Positions 38,753-51,807 of a DNA stretch of 64,000 nucleotides are shown here, one piece after another (position 1 is the stretch's first letter; every line of letters begins with the position of its first letter). The translations under genes were made by a program, and so were the position numbers. Below the pieces are notes generated by a model. The model was not told the DNA's origin. It ran no database searches and worked only from the letters and a program-made list of their open reading frames with translations. The stretch comes from Eledone cirrhosa (taxonomy: Eukaryota): the NCBI GenBank assembly GCA_964016885.1, contig OZ024742.1:244528001-244592000 (forward strand), read 5' to 3'.

Positions 38753-41130
38753 ATCATCACCGTTTTACGTCCGTTCTTCCATGCTAGCATGGGTTAGACA
38801 GGTTGTCCTGTAATGGCCAGTGCCTGGTCGGCTGACCTTGTCTTGCTCATACTGGAACTGATTCTGGCATGATTTCTACAGCTGGATGCCCTTCCTAACA
38901 CCAACCTCATTTACAGTGAGTGCTGGGCCATTTTTCCGTGGCGCTTGCACGTCCACTTTACAGTGTGGGCTGGGTGCTTTTTTTTTTTTGCAGTGGGATG
39001 GGGGAGGGGGGTATTGTCTATATGTTTCAGCTTCGGCTTGTACCCATGGGAAGTCAGGTCTTCTGTATTACTGGGTGACGCCAGAGGTCATGGTCGTGTG
39101 TCATCACCTTTGAGAGGTGCAATTGGGTAAGGTCGGCTTTTATCACCTCATCCCAGGTCTTCCTGGGTCTCCCCACTACACGGCTTCCATCAACTTCATG
39201 TGCTCAGCACCTTTTTATGCAGCTGTCATCCTTCATACGCATCACATGTCCATACCAACGCAACCTCCTCTCCTGCACACAGCATTTGATTCCTCTTATG
39301 CTCAGTCTCTCTCTCAATTCATTTATGCTTTGCCGTTCATGTATATTACTATTACACATCCATCAGAGCATGCAAACTTCGTTTCTTTCTAATCTGTGCA
39401 AGTCTTCTACACACAACACCCAGGTCTCACTACCATGTAGCATTGCTGTTCGTATGCACGCATCATACAGTCTGCCTTTCATTTTGAGGGAAAAGCCTTT
39501 TGCAGCGTGGCAGTAGCTCCCTGAACTTCTTCTACCCTGTTCTTACCCTGGTCACTGTACTTTCCAAACACCCACCTCCACTGTTAATTCATTCACCTAG
39601 GTAGCAAAAGCTGTCTACTGTTTCTACAGAGCCTTCCTAGAGTTTGGTAGTGCTTGTTTCCTGTGGCCGTTTGCTGCTTGCTGTCCCGGCGTAGCTGCTA
39701 CATGTAAAGCCTACATTCTTAGCTAAGCTTCCTGAGATACCACTACATCTCTTGTGTACCTATTGTTTGCATTTTGGGCAGAGGATGGAGTTCCTACCTA
39801 CACATTTCCTACATACTGAGCAAGGCCATTTCCCTGAGGGGATCTGGGTTCTGTTTTCTCGTCTAATTATGAGGACCTTAGTCTTTGTCAAGTTGACTTT
39901 GAGCCCCTTTATTTCTAGTCCCTGCTTCCATGTTTGGAATTTCTTCTCTAGTTCCACCATAGATTCAGCTATAAGTGTGAGATCATCCACATATAGGAGT
40001 GCCCATGGGCATCCGGTCTTAAACTCCTCTGTTATTGCCTGCAGTACTATAATGAACACGAGAGGGCTAAGAACAGAGCCCTGGTGGACACTGACCTGCA
40101 TGCTAAATTCCTTGCTATAGCCATTGCTAACTCTAACTACGCTGACTGCTCCCCTATACATGGCTTGTACAGCTTTTACAAGCCATTCATCTACTCCTAG
40201 TTTTCTAAGAGCCCACCAGATTATAGTACAGGGCACTCTGTTGAAGGCTTTTTCCAGGTTGACAAATGCCAGGTAGAGCGGCGTACTTTTAGCTAAGTAC
40301 TTTTCCTGTAACTGCCTCACAAAGAAGAGAGCATCAGTGGTGCCTCTTCCTGGTACAAACCCAAATTGCATCTCATCTAGTTTTAACCGGTCCTAATCAA
40401 CTGTGCAATAACTCTTTCCATTACTTTCATGACCTGGTCCATCAGCTTTATACCTCTATAATTTCCTCTATCTAGTGCATCACCTTTACCCTTGTAGCAT
40501 TTGACAATGATGCTGCTGCACCAATCCTAGTATTACCTGGTTAACAATACGTGTGGTTATGGTGTGACCTACCGACCCAGATGCCTTCAACATCTCAGCA
40601 GCTATACCCGATGGACCGGTTGCCTTCCCTGTCTTCATATCTTTGATTGCCTTACTTACTACACAGCTGCTGACTTGTACTGCTGGCCCCTCTATAGGGT
40701 CTGCTTGGGGAGGGTCTCTTTCTCCCATGCATTCTCCTCATTTAGTAATCTTTCATAATGGCTCTTCCATGTAGCTTTCTTCTCGGCACTTGTGAGGGCA
40801 AGCTCACCATTATCATTCTGGATACACTTCTCTCCAATTACATCACAATTCTCTCTGACACACTACCTTGAAATCTTGAACACCTGTTTCTGGTCCTCAC
40901 GTTGCAAAACATGCTTGAATTTTCTATCCTCCACTTCCCTTCTAGCTAAGTATACTTATCGCCTAGTTTCCCTCCTGGTCTCTATCTGATGTACCCTGCT
41001 ACCCCTGTTCTTCCATTGTTTCCATGCCTGTCTCTTAGCCTTACCGGCCTCATCTACCTTATTGTTCCACCACCAAGTCACTCTCCTCCTCCCTGTGGAC
41101 TTGCTCCAACCACAGATCTCGTCTGTTGCC
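38753..41130 (-). mobile_element. RTE LINE subfamily A copy, 5'-truncated, PHD-containing
   Basis: ORF 39760-40371 (QFGFVPGR...LYVDDL...WPCSVC); 3' UTR matches 16750-17043; TA tracts on both sides. Confidence 0.92.
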
Positions 41131-41276
41131 ATATATATATATATATATATATCACCTTGATCACCTTGACCGACCAGTCTGTCAGGTGCCAATCAGCGCC
41201 GCTGGTCACAGCACGTCGTGCTGTTTTGGCCATAAGATAACGCCATCTCACTGGCTGGGCGGGCAGGCCGGTACTC

Positions 41277-41315
<39 letters not shown>

Positions 41316-41330
41316 TATATAATATATATT

Positions 41331-42822
41331 TAGTGTAAAAGTTGGTGTTCACCAAGGCTCTGTCCTTAGCCCCCTCCTATTTATTATTGCCCTTCATGCT
41401 ATAACAGAGAAGTTCAAGACTGGCTGCCCATGGGAACTTCTATACACAGATGATCTAATGCTCTTAGCTGAATCAATGGCTGAACTAGAAAAGAAATTCC
41501 AAACATGGAAGCATGGCCTAGAATCAAAAAGGCCTTAAAGTTAACTTGTCTAAGACTAAAGTCCTAGTTTGTAGAAAGGAAAATAAGGCACAGGTACACT
41601 CAGGGAAATGGCCTTATTCATTGTGTAGGAAAGGAGTAGGCAGAAATTCAATTTTATGTCCCAAATGCAAAGTATGGGTACAGAAAAGATGTAGTGGGAT
41701 CACAGGTAAACTATCTAAGAACGTAGACTTTATATGTGGCCGATGCTCAGGTGCAATAGGTAGCAAGTGTCTACAGGATACTAACCCCTTCTATTGCCCA
41801 GATGGTTCTATAGAAATAGTAGACACTTTCCGTTACCTGGGTGACGAAATCAGCAGTGGTGGAGGGTGTTCTGAAAGTACAGTAGCCAGAGTCAGAACGG
41901 GATGGAAAAAGTTCAGAGAGCTTATACCGCTGTTGGCCACAAAAGGTTTCTCTCTAAAAATGAAAGGCAGATTGTATGATGCTTGTATACGAACAGCAAT
42001 ACTACATGGCAGTGAGACATGGGCATTGCGTGCAGAGGACCTGCGTAGACTGGAAATGAACGAAGCATGCATGCTCCGTTAGATGTGTAATAGTAATATA
42101 CGTGAATGGCAAAGCATAAATGAACTAAGTGAGAAATTAAGAATAAGAGGGATCAGATGCTGCTTACTTGAGAGAAGACTACGTTGGTATGACCATGTGA
42201 TGCGCATGAAAGACGACAGCTGTATAAAAAGTGCAGGGCGATCAAAATTGATGGTAGTTACGGAGTAGAGAGACCCAGAAAAACCTGGGACGAGCTGATA
42301 AATTCCGACCTTACACATTTGCACCTCTCTAAGACAATGTCACTGGACTGAGATCTTTGGTGCTACGCAGTAAATACAGAAGACCCGCCTTGCCTATGTA
42401 CAAAGCGAAACCTACAGTCAGTAGGCACCTCTTAACCAAATATACACCCCAATCCACTACCCCTACCCTATCCTCCCACCAACACCACCCTCTCTCTATA
42501 AGGTTGGTACCATAACATCCAGTCCAAATAAATGAGAAAATGAGATCGAGATTGAGATCGTGTAGGTGTCACGAGAAAAACACACACAGTCCACGCTGTA
42601 ATGTAGCCATGTAGGTAACACGGTAAAAAGTTCCCAGTTCCACACTGTAAATGTGGTTGGTGTTAGGAAGGGCATCCAGCCATAGAAAACCTGCCAGATA
42701 CTCCTATATGAGCGAGACACGGTCACCCGACCAACCATGCCTCAATTGGGACAACTCCCGTCTAACCCATGCTAGTCTGGAAAATGGACGTTAAACGAAG
42801 ATGATGATGATGATGATGATGA
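41331..42822 (+). mobile_element. RTE LINE subfamily B copy, 5'-truncated
   Basis: VHQGSVLSPLLF, mutated PHD, (GAT)n tail; TA tracts on both sides. Confidence 0.92.
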
Positions 42823-42842
42823 TATATATATATAATATATAT

Positions 42843-42905
<63 letters not shown>

Positions 42906-42907
42906 TA

Positions 42908-44636
42908 CACTTCGGGTTTGTGTCAGGCAAAAGTACCACAGACGCTCTTTTCATTGTACGACAACTACAGGAGCAGTACCTAGCTAAAAGTAAACCACTA
43001 TACTTAGCTTTTGTCGACTTGGAGAAAGCCTTCGACAGAGTCCCCCGTTCCATTATCTGGTGGGCTCTTAGAAAACTAGGTGTTGACGAATGGCTTGTGA
43101 GAGCTATACAAGCCATGTATAAAGAAACAGTCAGCAAGGTTAGAATTAACAACGAATATAGTGAAGAGTTTAGCGTAAAAGTTGCCGTACATCAGGGCTC
43201 TGTTCTCAACCCCCTACTATTTATTATTGTCCTTCAGGCTATAACAGAGGAGTTCAAGACCGGATGCTCATGGTAACTCCTATACGCAGATGACCTAACA
43301 CTCATAGCTGAATCAATGACCGAACTAGAGAAGAAATTCCAAACATGGAAGCACGGCCTAGAATCAAAAGGCCTTAAAATTAACCTGGCTAAGACCAAAG
43401 TTCTAGTTTGTAGGAAAGAAAATAAGGCGGCGGTCCCTTCCGGGAAGTGGCCATGCTCAGTGTGTAGGAAAGGCGTAGGTAGAAACTCCATTCTGTGTCC
43501 CAAATGCAAAGTATGGGTGCATAAAAGATGTAGTGGGATCACAGGTAAGCTAACTAAGAATATAGATTTTATATGTGGCCGGTGCTCAGGTGCAATAAGT
43601 AGCAGCAAGTGCCCACAGAATACTAGCTCATTCCATTGCACAGATGGTTCTATAGTGGACGCCTTCCGTTACCTAGCTCTTTCAACTGCGCAGAGGGTTC
43701 TATAGAAATAGTGGACAGCTTCCGTTACCTGGGTGACAAAATCAGCAGTGGGGAGGGTGCTCTGAAAGTACAGTAGCTAGAGTCAGAACTGGATGGAAAA
43801 AGTTCAGAGAGCTTATACCACTATTAGCCGCTAAAGGGTTCTCCCTAAAAATGAAAGGCAGGTTGTATGATGCCTGCATACGAACAGCAATGTTGCATGG
43901 CAGTGAGACCTGGGCATTGTGTGCAGAGGATATATGCAGACTAGAGAGGAACGAAGCTTGCATGCTCCGCTGGATGTGTAATAGTAATATACGTGAACGG
44001 CAAAGCATAAACGAACTAAGGAAAAAATTAGAAATAAGAGGGATCAGATGTTGTTTACTCAAGAGAAGGCTACGTTGGTATGGTCACGTGATGCGCATGA
44101 AAGACGATAGCTGTATAACAAAGTGCAGGGCAATAAAGATAGACGGTAGCCACGGAATAGGCAGACCCAGAAAAACCTGGGACGAGCTGATAAATTCTGA
44201 CCTCACACACTTACACCTCTCCAAGACAATGTCACTGGACCGAGACATTTGGCGGTACTCAGTAATAGAGAAGACCCGCCTTACCTAAATACAAAGTAAA
44301 ACCTACTACAGTCAGTAGGCATCTCTAACAAAATACTCCCCCATCCCACCACCCCCACCCCATCCACACCGCCCCCTTTCAATGTAAAGTTATGTTGGTG
44401 CCACAACATCCAGGCCGAAACAAATGAGGTCGTGTAGGTGTCACGACAAAAAAACACACAGTCCACGCTGTAATGTGGCCGTGTAGGCAACACGGTAAAA
44501 ACCTCCCAGCCCCACACTGTAGAAAACCTACCAGACAGTCCTATGCGAGCAAGACAATCACTCTTGCCTCAAGTGGGAAAACCCCCGTCCAAACCCATGC
44601 AAGCGTGGAACACGGACGTTAAACGTTGATGATGAT
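42908..44636 (+). mobile_element. RTE LINE subfamily C copy, 5'-truncated, intact PHD motif
   Basis: ORFs 42920-43276, 43316-43705 and 43851-44288; (GAT)n tail; TA tracts on both sides. Confidence 0.92.
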
Positions 44637-44652
44637 ATATATATATATATAT

Positions 44653-44764
<112 letters not shown>

Positions 44765-44784
44765 TATATATATATAATATATAC

Positions 44785-44859
<75 letters not shown>

Positions 44860-44862
<3 letters not shown>

Positions 44863-45175
44863 CACATGTGGCTTCGTGGCTAAAGCATTGGGCTTGCAAC
44901 CAGGAGGTTGTGAGCTTGATTCTTGGACAAGGTGGTTCGTTGTGTCATTGAGCAAGACACTTTTTTTTGTGTTGCTTCAGATCACTCAGTTGTAGAAATG
45001 AGTGTCGGCTATTGCCTTCCCTTTGGACAACATTACTGGTGTGGAGAGAGGAGTCTGGTGTGCAGGGGTGACTGTTTGCCTTCCACAAACAACATTGCCG
45101 AGACTGTTGCCTCGGAGAGGAACTTTCTAGGTGCAAATCCCATGGTCATTTGTTAGCAAAGGAGGTCTTTACCCA
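44860..45175 (+). mobile_element. SINE family 2-related copy with a different 3' part
   Basis: Head and core match 38316-38455; the tail differs. Confidence 0.7.
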
Positions 45176-45332
45176 TTATTTTTTTAGATCCATATATGAT
45201 GATTTAAATGTTGTTGCTTACAACTTGCTCAACAAATATATCTAGAGCAGACACATAGGATAGATAATTGCAAAGCAATAGTCCCAGGCAGGAACCCTTG
45301 CAGTGGTGCAGAATACATATATTCTCCTATAT

Positions 45333-45438
45333 GCCTGTACAGTATACTGTTTCGAGCTAAAGATGGAATCTGCCAATCATCAATTAATTGTATACCAATA
45401 AGCAACAAATTCTGAACCAATATCCTTCATCAGCAAGC
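45333..45438 (-). ncRNA. Hammerhead ribozyme motif with long stem II
   Basis: Minus strand: GCTTG-CTGATGA-[~73-nt hairpin]-GAAA-CAGTATACTG-TA-CAGGC. Palindromic stem III; A.C mismatch at 10.1-11.1. Confidence 0.6.
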
Positions 45439-45474
45439 TAGTCCATTAGAGGAATCCCCAAATATTAAGCTTAA

Positions 45475-45694
45475 CCCTTTAATGTTCAAACCGGCTCAAA
45501 CCGGCCAGAATTCTCTACCTCTTTCTGTTGAAACTGGCTGTAACTGGTCGCTCAAACTGATGTTAAGGTATTGTTCTCAAAATAAATACTTTCAAAATCT
45601 CACAGATTCGATATTATGTGAGATAATTATGTGAGGTACATCCTTTACCGTGAAAATATAATAGTATATATAGAATAATTTGAATGCTAAAGGG
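45475..45694. mobile_element. TTAA-flanked (piggyBac-like) MITE
   Basis: TTAA|CCCTTTA...TAAAGGG|TTAA. Confidence 0.8.
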
Positions 45695-45770
45695 TTAATA
45701 CTCAATCGTCGTGTTGATATTGGTATTTCACATGTTAGGATTAGGCTTATTGCTTATTATTCAACAGGAT

Positions 45771-46330
45771 ATATATATGTGTGTGCATGTATGTATATAT
45801 ATATACATACTACTGTCTGTCTGTATACATATATGTATGTACGTGTACATACTTATATTTAAGTAACAGCCGTACTAAGAGTGGGAAATGAAATTTTGTT
45901 TCATTTTTTCCGTTTATCGTTTTCGGTGCACCCGGCCGATTAACCCACTCGATATGAAAATTGGGCTACTCAGCCGTTATTATGCATAAGGTAAGTATAT
46001 ACGTTCAACAATCTGGCAGGAAGGTATACGTTGCTGACGATAGCTAATAAGCTTGAAACTAGTACAGCGTTCCTTTGTCAGTGTTGAACAAACGAGCAAC
46101 GATGGTTGCTGGACACTACGGCTTAATACAGGATGTTTGTTTACAAACACACCGAGCATTATAATAAATGTTCGATGAATCCATACGTACATATATATAT
46201 GTGTGCATGTATGTATATATATATACATACTACTGTACGTCTGTATACATATATGTATGTACGTGTACATACTTATATTTAAGTAACAGCCGTACTAAGA
46301 GTGGAAAATGAAATTTTGTTTCATTTTTTC
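45771..46330 (+). repeat. Partial tandem duplication (140-bp direct repeats, 420-bp period) enclosing a hammerhead
   Basis: 45771-45910 matches 46191-46330. Confidence 0.9.
46028..46070 (+). ncRNA. Minimal type-I hammerhead ribozyme motif (U.U at 10.1-11.1)
   Basis: ACGTTG-CTGACGA-T-AGCT-AATA-AGCT-T-GAAA-CTAG-TA-CAGCGT. Confidence 0.8.
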
Positions 46331-46349
46331 TGTTGATATATATATATAT

Positions 46350-46680
46350 ACACAGTAAAGTGATTGTGTAGGTGTCATGACAAAAAGCACCCAGCACACA
46401 CTGTAAATGTGGTTGGCGTTAGGAAGGGCATCCAGCCATAGAAAACCAGCCCCGAAACACCCAGCCCACACTGTAAAGTGGACATGTAAAAGACACGGCA
46501 AAAAGCACCCAGTCCACACTGTCAATGTGGTTGGCATTAGGAAGAGCATCCAGCCGTAGAAAATTCAGTCAGAAACTCTCCTATATGAGCGAGACACGGT
46601 CACCCAACACAACTTGCCTCTAAATGGGACAAACACGTCTAACCCATGCTAGCATGGAATATACGTTAATTGATGATGGT
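46350..46680 (+). mobile_element. RTE 3' UTR fragment
   Basis: AAAAAGCACCCAG repeats, AACCCATGCTAGCATGG, GAT tail. Confidence 0.8.
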
Positions 46681-46964
46681 ATGGTCCTATAACTCCTAAT
46701 AGAGTCATAGGGGTGCCGTAGTGATATAGAGTGTGACATAGTATTTTTGTTAGAGGTGCCTACTGACTGTAGTATATATATATATAGTAAGGGAAGCAGA
46801 AAATTGCTTTTTTTGTGATCCAATTCGTGGTTAAGAAAGCCAGTTTCATGCTGTATAGCAATATAAGGTTGCACTTACCAATGAAACGGTCGTAAATACC
46901 TGGATAAAATCCTTCTCTCAATGCTTACCTGTGTTTTCTCTTTTATACTATATATATATATATT

Positions 46965-47048
<84 letters not shown>

Positions 47049-47077
47049 CATATATATATATTCATACATATATATAT

Positions 47078-47162
<85 letters not shown>

Positions 47163-47226
47163 CATATATATATATATATATACAATATATTAATAAATGG
47201 AAACTATATTTATAAAACCATGATTA

Positions 47227-47284
47227 TTTTATTATATTTCAAGGGCAACCAAGGCAATTTATGGTGCGCTTTCATCAGATAAAA
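47227..47284 (-). ncRNA. Minimal type-I hammerhead ribozyme motif
   Basis: Minus strand: TTTTAT-CTGATGA-AAGCGCACC...GGTTGCCCTT-GAAA-TA-TA-ATAAAA. Confidence 0.8.
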
Positions 47285-47469
47285 CACAGATTTGTTTTAT
47301 AAATAAATATTGATATACCCGGAAAAAAGACAACCTTAACGGTTGAAGTTCTCTGGATATCCAGTTCCTCAGTGAAATAACAACCCAACCAGGAACTGGG
47401 CATATCAGAGTATTGACAAGATTATACACCTCAACAACATATATACTTGTCTATACCACACTAATTCGG

Positions 47470-47524
47470 ACTGCCTGAAGAGGTCACAGCCAAAGATGGC
47501 TGTCACCGAAATATATATAGCAGT
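47470..47524 (+). ncRNA. Minimal type-I hammerhead ribozyme motif, canonical core
   Basis: ACTGC-CTGAAGA-GGTCACAGCCA-AAGA-TGGCTGTCACC-GAAA-TATATA-TA-GCAGT, immediately followed by AATAAA. Confidence 0.87.
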
Positions 47525-47613
47525 AATAAACGAAGCTAAATTTTAAACATTTGCCTTATTTACTTTATCTTATTATACATATATATATATATATACACAC
47601 ACATATATATATA

Positions 47614-47659
<46 letters not shown>

Positions 47660-47660
47660 A

Positions 47661-48063
47661 GACTCCTTAGCCTTTGTCAAGGCAGAATTCTAGGAGAAGG
47701 AAAACTCTGATATAACACCTGCAATCCTGATGGGATCCAATGATGTTGACTTGTTCTTCTTTTTGGTAAATATCATCTTGGTTAAGAGAGTGGGACTGGC
47801 TTTGTGCAATGCCTTTGCTCACTATAAAAGTTTCACGGGACAGGCATTGCTTTATATCTGGAGATCTCTCTACACTTGTCGTCACATAGTACCAAGGGCC
47901 CAGCACTATGTGTCAATAATTGTCACAAGTGTAGTGTTTGTACCAGAGTTTTCAAGTCGCTGGCTGGACTAAAAAGTCACACTCGTTCAGCACATCGGTA
48001 GGGGTTCTCCTACATGGATATAAAGTAGTGGCCGTACTCGAAAACGAGTTGGCAGCCACCATA
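47661..48063. mobile_element. Unclassified ~400-bp interspersed element, copy 2 (inverted)
   Basis: Reverse complement of 22180-22583. Confidence 0.85.
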
Positions 48064-48172
48064 TATGTATGTATGTATATATATATATATATATAACGAA
48101 GGAAATGTGGTAAGGAACCAGGTGGACCATAACGCACCAAAGTACTCAATACTTGAGGTAGTAGAGTGGGTA

Positions 48173-48385
<213 letters not shown>

Positions 48386-48387
48386 TA

Positions 48388-48736
48388 CACCCCGTACCGC
48401 CACCACCCCCACCCATCCACACCACCCCGTCCTATGTAAAGTTATGTTGGTGCCGCGCCATCCAGGCCGAAACAAATGAGATCGTGTAGGTGTCACGACA
48501 AAAAACACACAGTCCACGCTGTAATGTGGCCGTGTAGGCAACACGGTAAAAACCTTCCAGCCCCACACTGTAAATGTGGTTGGTGTTATGAAGGGCATCC
48601 AACTGTAGAAAACCTGCCAGACAGTCCTATGCGAGCAAGACAATCACTCTTGCCTCAAGTGGGACTACCCCCGTCCAAACCCATGCAAGCGTGGAACACG
48701 GACGTTAAACGTTGATGATGATGATGATGATGATGA
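48388..48736 (+). mobile_element. RTE subfamily C 3' UTR fragment
   Basis: Matches 44340-44636; flanked by TA and TACA repeats. Confidence 0.88.
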
Positions 48737-48745
48737 TATACATAC

Positions 48746-48776
<31 letters not shown>

Positions 48777-48815
48777 CATACATACATACATACATACATA
48801 CATTCATACATACAT

Positions 48816-48868
<53 letters not shown>

Positions 48869-49478
48869 CATACATATATATATACATATAATCTTTCTAA
48901 AATTAAAAATAGTTCCTCAACTCATGCTTGACTACTTCTCTGTCTAGGAATAACTGGACTGATTCCTCATTCTTCTGAAGCTTACATAGAAATCTCTACA
49001 GTAGCCAACAATTTAGTTTAGCTATTTATAAATGGTTGTGAGGGAAAGAGAGAGGGTGGTAAGAAAAAAAGAAGAAAGAATTTTTTCATGCTACCCCCAC
49101 CCTTTCGTGGTATGAGTGGTGCCAAGACCACTACTCATACCACTAACACTACTACCTCCACAAACAACATCAACAAGAGAGTAGATTAGTATTTGAGGAT
49201 GAAATGACAACAAATTCTTGCAGGTCAGACCACATAAAGGCTTCCTTGTTTGACCCATCTCCAATGTGGTTAGGCAAACCATTTTTTTCCAACCTATAAC
49301 ATTCAAGAAATTTTGATGAGCTGGGCCTCTGACAACCAATCTCTTGCCCATCATTGGTGGCTCACCTTACTAAGGTATCAGGTGATTCTCATGAAAGTAC
49401 TTGATTATTCCAGTATCTTAGCCTCCCTATCACCCATGGCAATGCTCTGAATGTGTTGGATGACTAAAAATATATTAA

Positions 49479-49695
49479 TGCTTTAGCATTTACATTACTC
49501 TATATTTACTATTGTATTTTCATGTACAGGCTTTATCGTACATAATTATCCCACATAATATCGAATCTACAAGATTTTGATATTTATTTTGAGAACAATA
49601 CCTTAACATAAGTATGAGCAGCTGGTTACAGCCGGTTTAAATAGAAAAAGGTGAGAGAATTCTGGCCGGATATGGCTGGTTTAAATGCTAAAGGG
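49479..49695. mobile_element. TTAA-flanked MITE, opposite orientation
   Basis: TTAA..CTTTAGCATT...AATGCTAAAGGG|TTAA. Confidence 0.78.
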
Positions 49696-50205
49696 TTAAA
49701 GAGAGGCTCCAGCACACCTTGTTGTGGTGTGTGATTGTCTGTATATGACAATATGTGCTTTTCTCTGAATAATAGAGTATGTGCAATATATCCAAGCTGT
49801 TCTCCATACAATTCATCACTGCATATCAGAGTATGCAGTATGGACCTCAGCTAGGTGTAAATATAGTATATTCCAGTGACAGTGGCGTAAAGACAACTGG
49901 CCAACTCTTGTCATTTTCATTTATGGAAATTACTGAAAATGTCTGTGATCTTGAAACAAAGTATCACTCCTGTGAGCTATAGATTCGCTTAATCATAACT
50001 GACCTGAGATTATATTACTACAATGGCAAGTCAACGATGGAGCTTTTATATAGTTGCATGACCAGCTAGAAATAGCAGCCAGATCTCTCAAATTATTCCC
50101 TACCATCATAAAGACAGACAAAATACATTAGTTAATGTGTTCTTATGTTCCCTCAAAAGATGGAATAGTATGGTTGGGATACCTTAGCTGATAAGTCTGC
50201 TAGAT

Positions 50206-50412
50206 CAGGCATGTCAAACTGAGGGTCCTCCGAGGTCCACATGGGTGACATTTGTGTTGTCTGAGGTCCACACATGACAACTAATTTCACATATTACAAC
50301 TAATATTTTACGAAGATAAAACATGCTCGCACTTTAAAAACTTTTGTGCGGGCCGCAGATGTACCTGTAAAGGGCTGCATGTGGCCCACGGGTCGCATGT
50401 TTGACATGCCTA
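50206..50412. mobile_element. hAT (Charlie-like) MITE
   Basis: TIR CAGGCATGTCAAAC / GTTTGACATGCCTA; 8-bp TSD TGCTAGAT at 50198-50205 and 50413-50420. Confidence 0.92.
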
Positions 50413-50739
50413 TGCTAGATCATGGCTAATCTGGAGCTAAACAACAACAACAACAACTTTTCACTTCACACTGACTGTATCCCCATCACCACAATAATAA
50501 TGAGAGAGCCACTTGTGATCATTTTACCTGTTAGAAACAGCAGCCAAAATCTCTTTTAAATTGCTGTTTTGTTTCTAATGTAGAACACATTGGATAATGT
50601 AGTCTCAGATACATGAGGGAATAAAAAAAATACAGGAAGGTCATGGCTGGAACACTTCTAATCATAGATATTCTTTAACATTGTTTACAACAGTAACACT
50701 TCTGTTGGCACCAAAAATGCCACTATATCTTTTTTCTAC

Positions 50740-51460
<721 letters not shown>

Positions 51461-51807
51461 AGAACTATGTGGTTCTCTTGATAGGCATATGAATTCTGTG
51501 GTGTTGGCAAGATTAAGTTATTTGATTTGACCTAAATACAGAAATAAACACATATTTGCAAATATTGAATTAAAGTCACATGACTGAGATGATTCTAAAA
51601 AGTTTATCTCATGATTCATTCTAATTTCTTCACCTCTTATCCTGTCTTTTCTATTTCCTAGTAATTGCTAATCTATCTCTTTGATAGGTTTCCAACTAAA
51701 TTGCTCTTCTCTCCAATTGAAGAATAGAAGAAGCAAGACAATCTCTATTGCCCTTCTTCTCTGTAAAGTAAAGCAGCAAGATTCAGTAGAGAAAAGAAAG
51801 TTGGCTT

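Noticed and set aside
46830-46905. Additional hammerhead (GAAA-CGGTCG-TA)
   Set aside because: Only a possible 3' half; no CUGANGA or stem I partner found.
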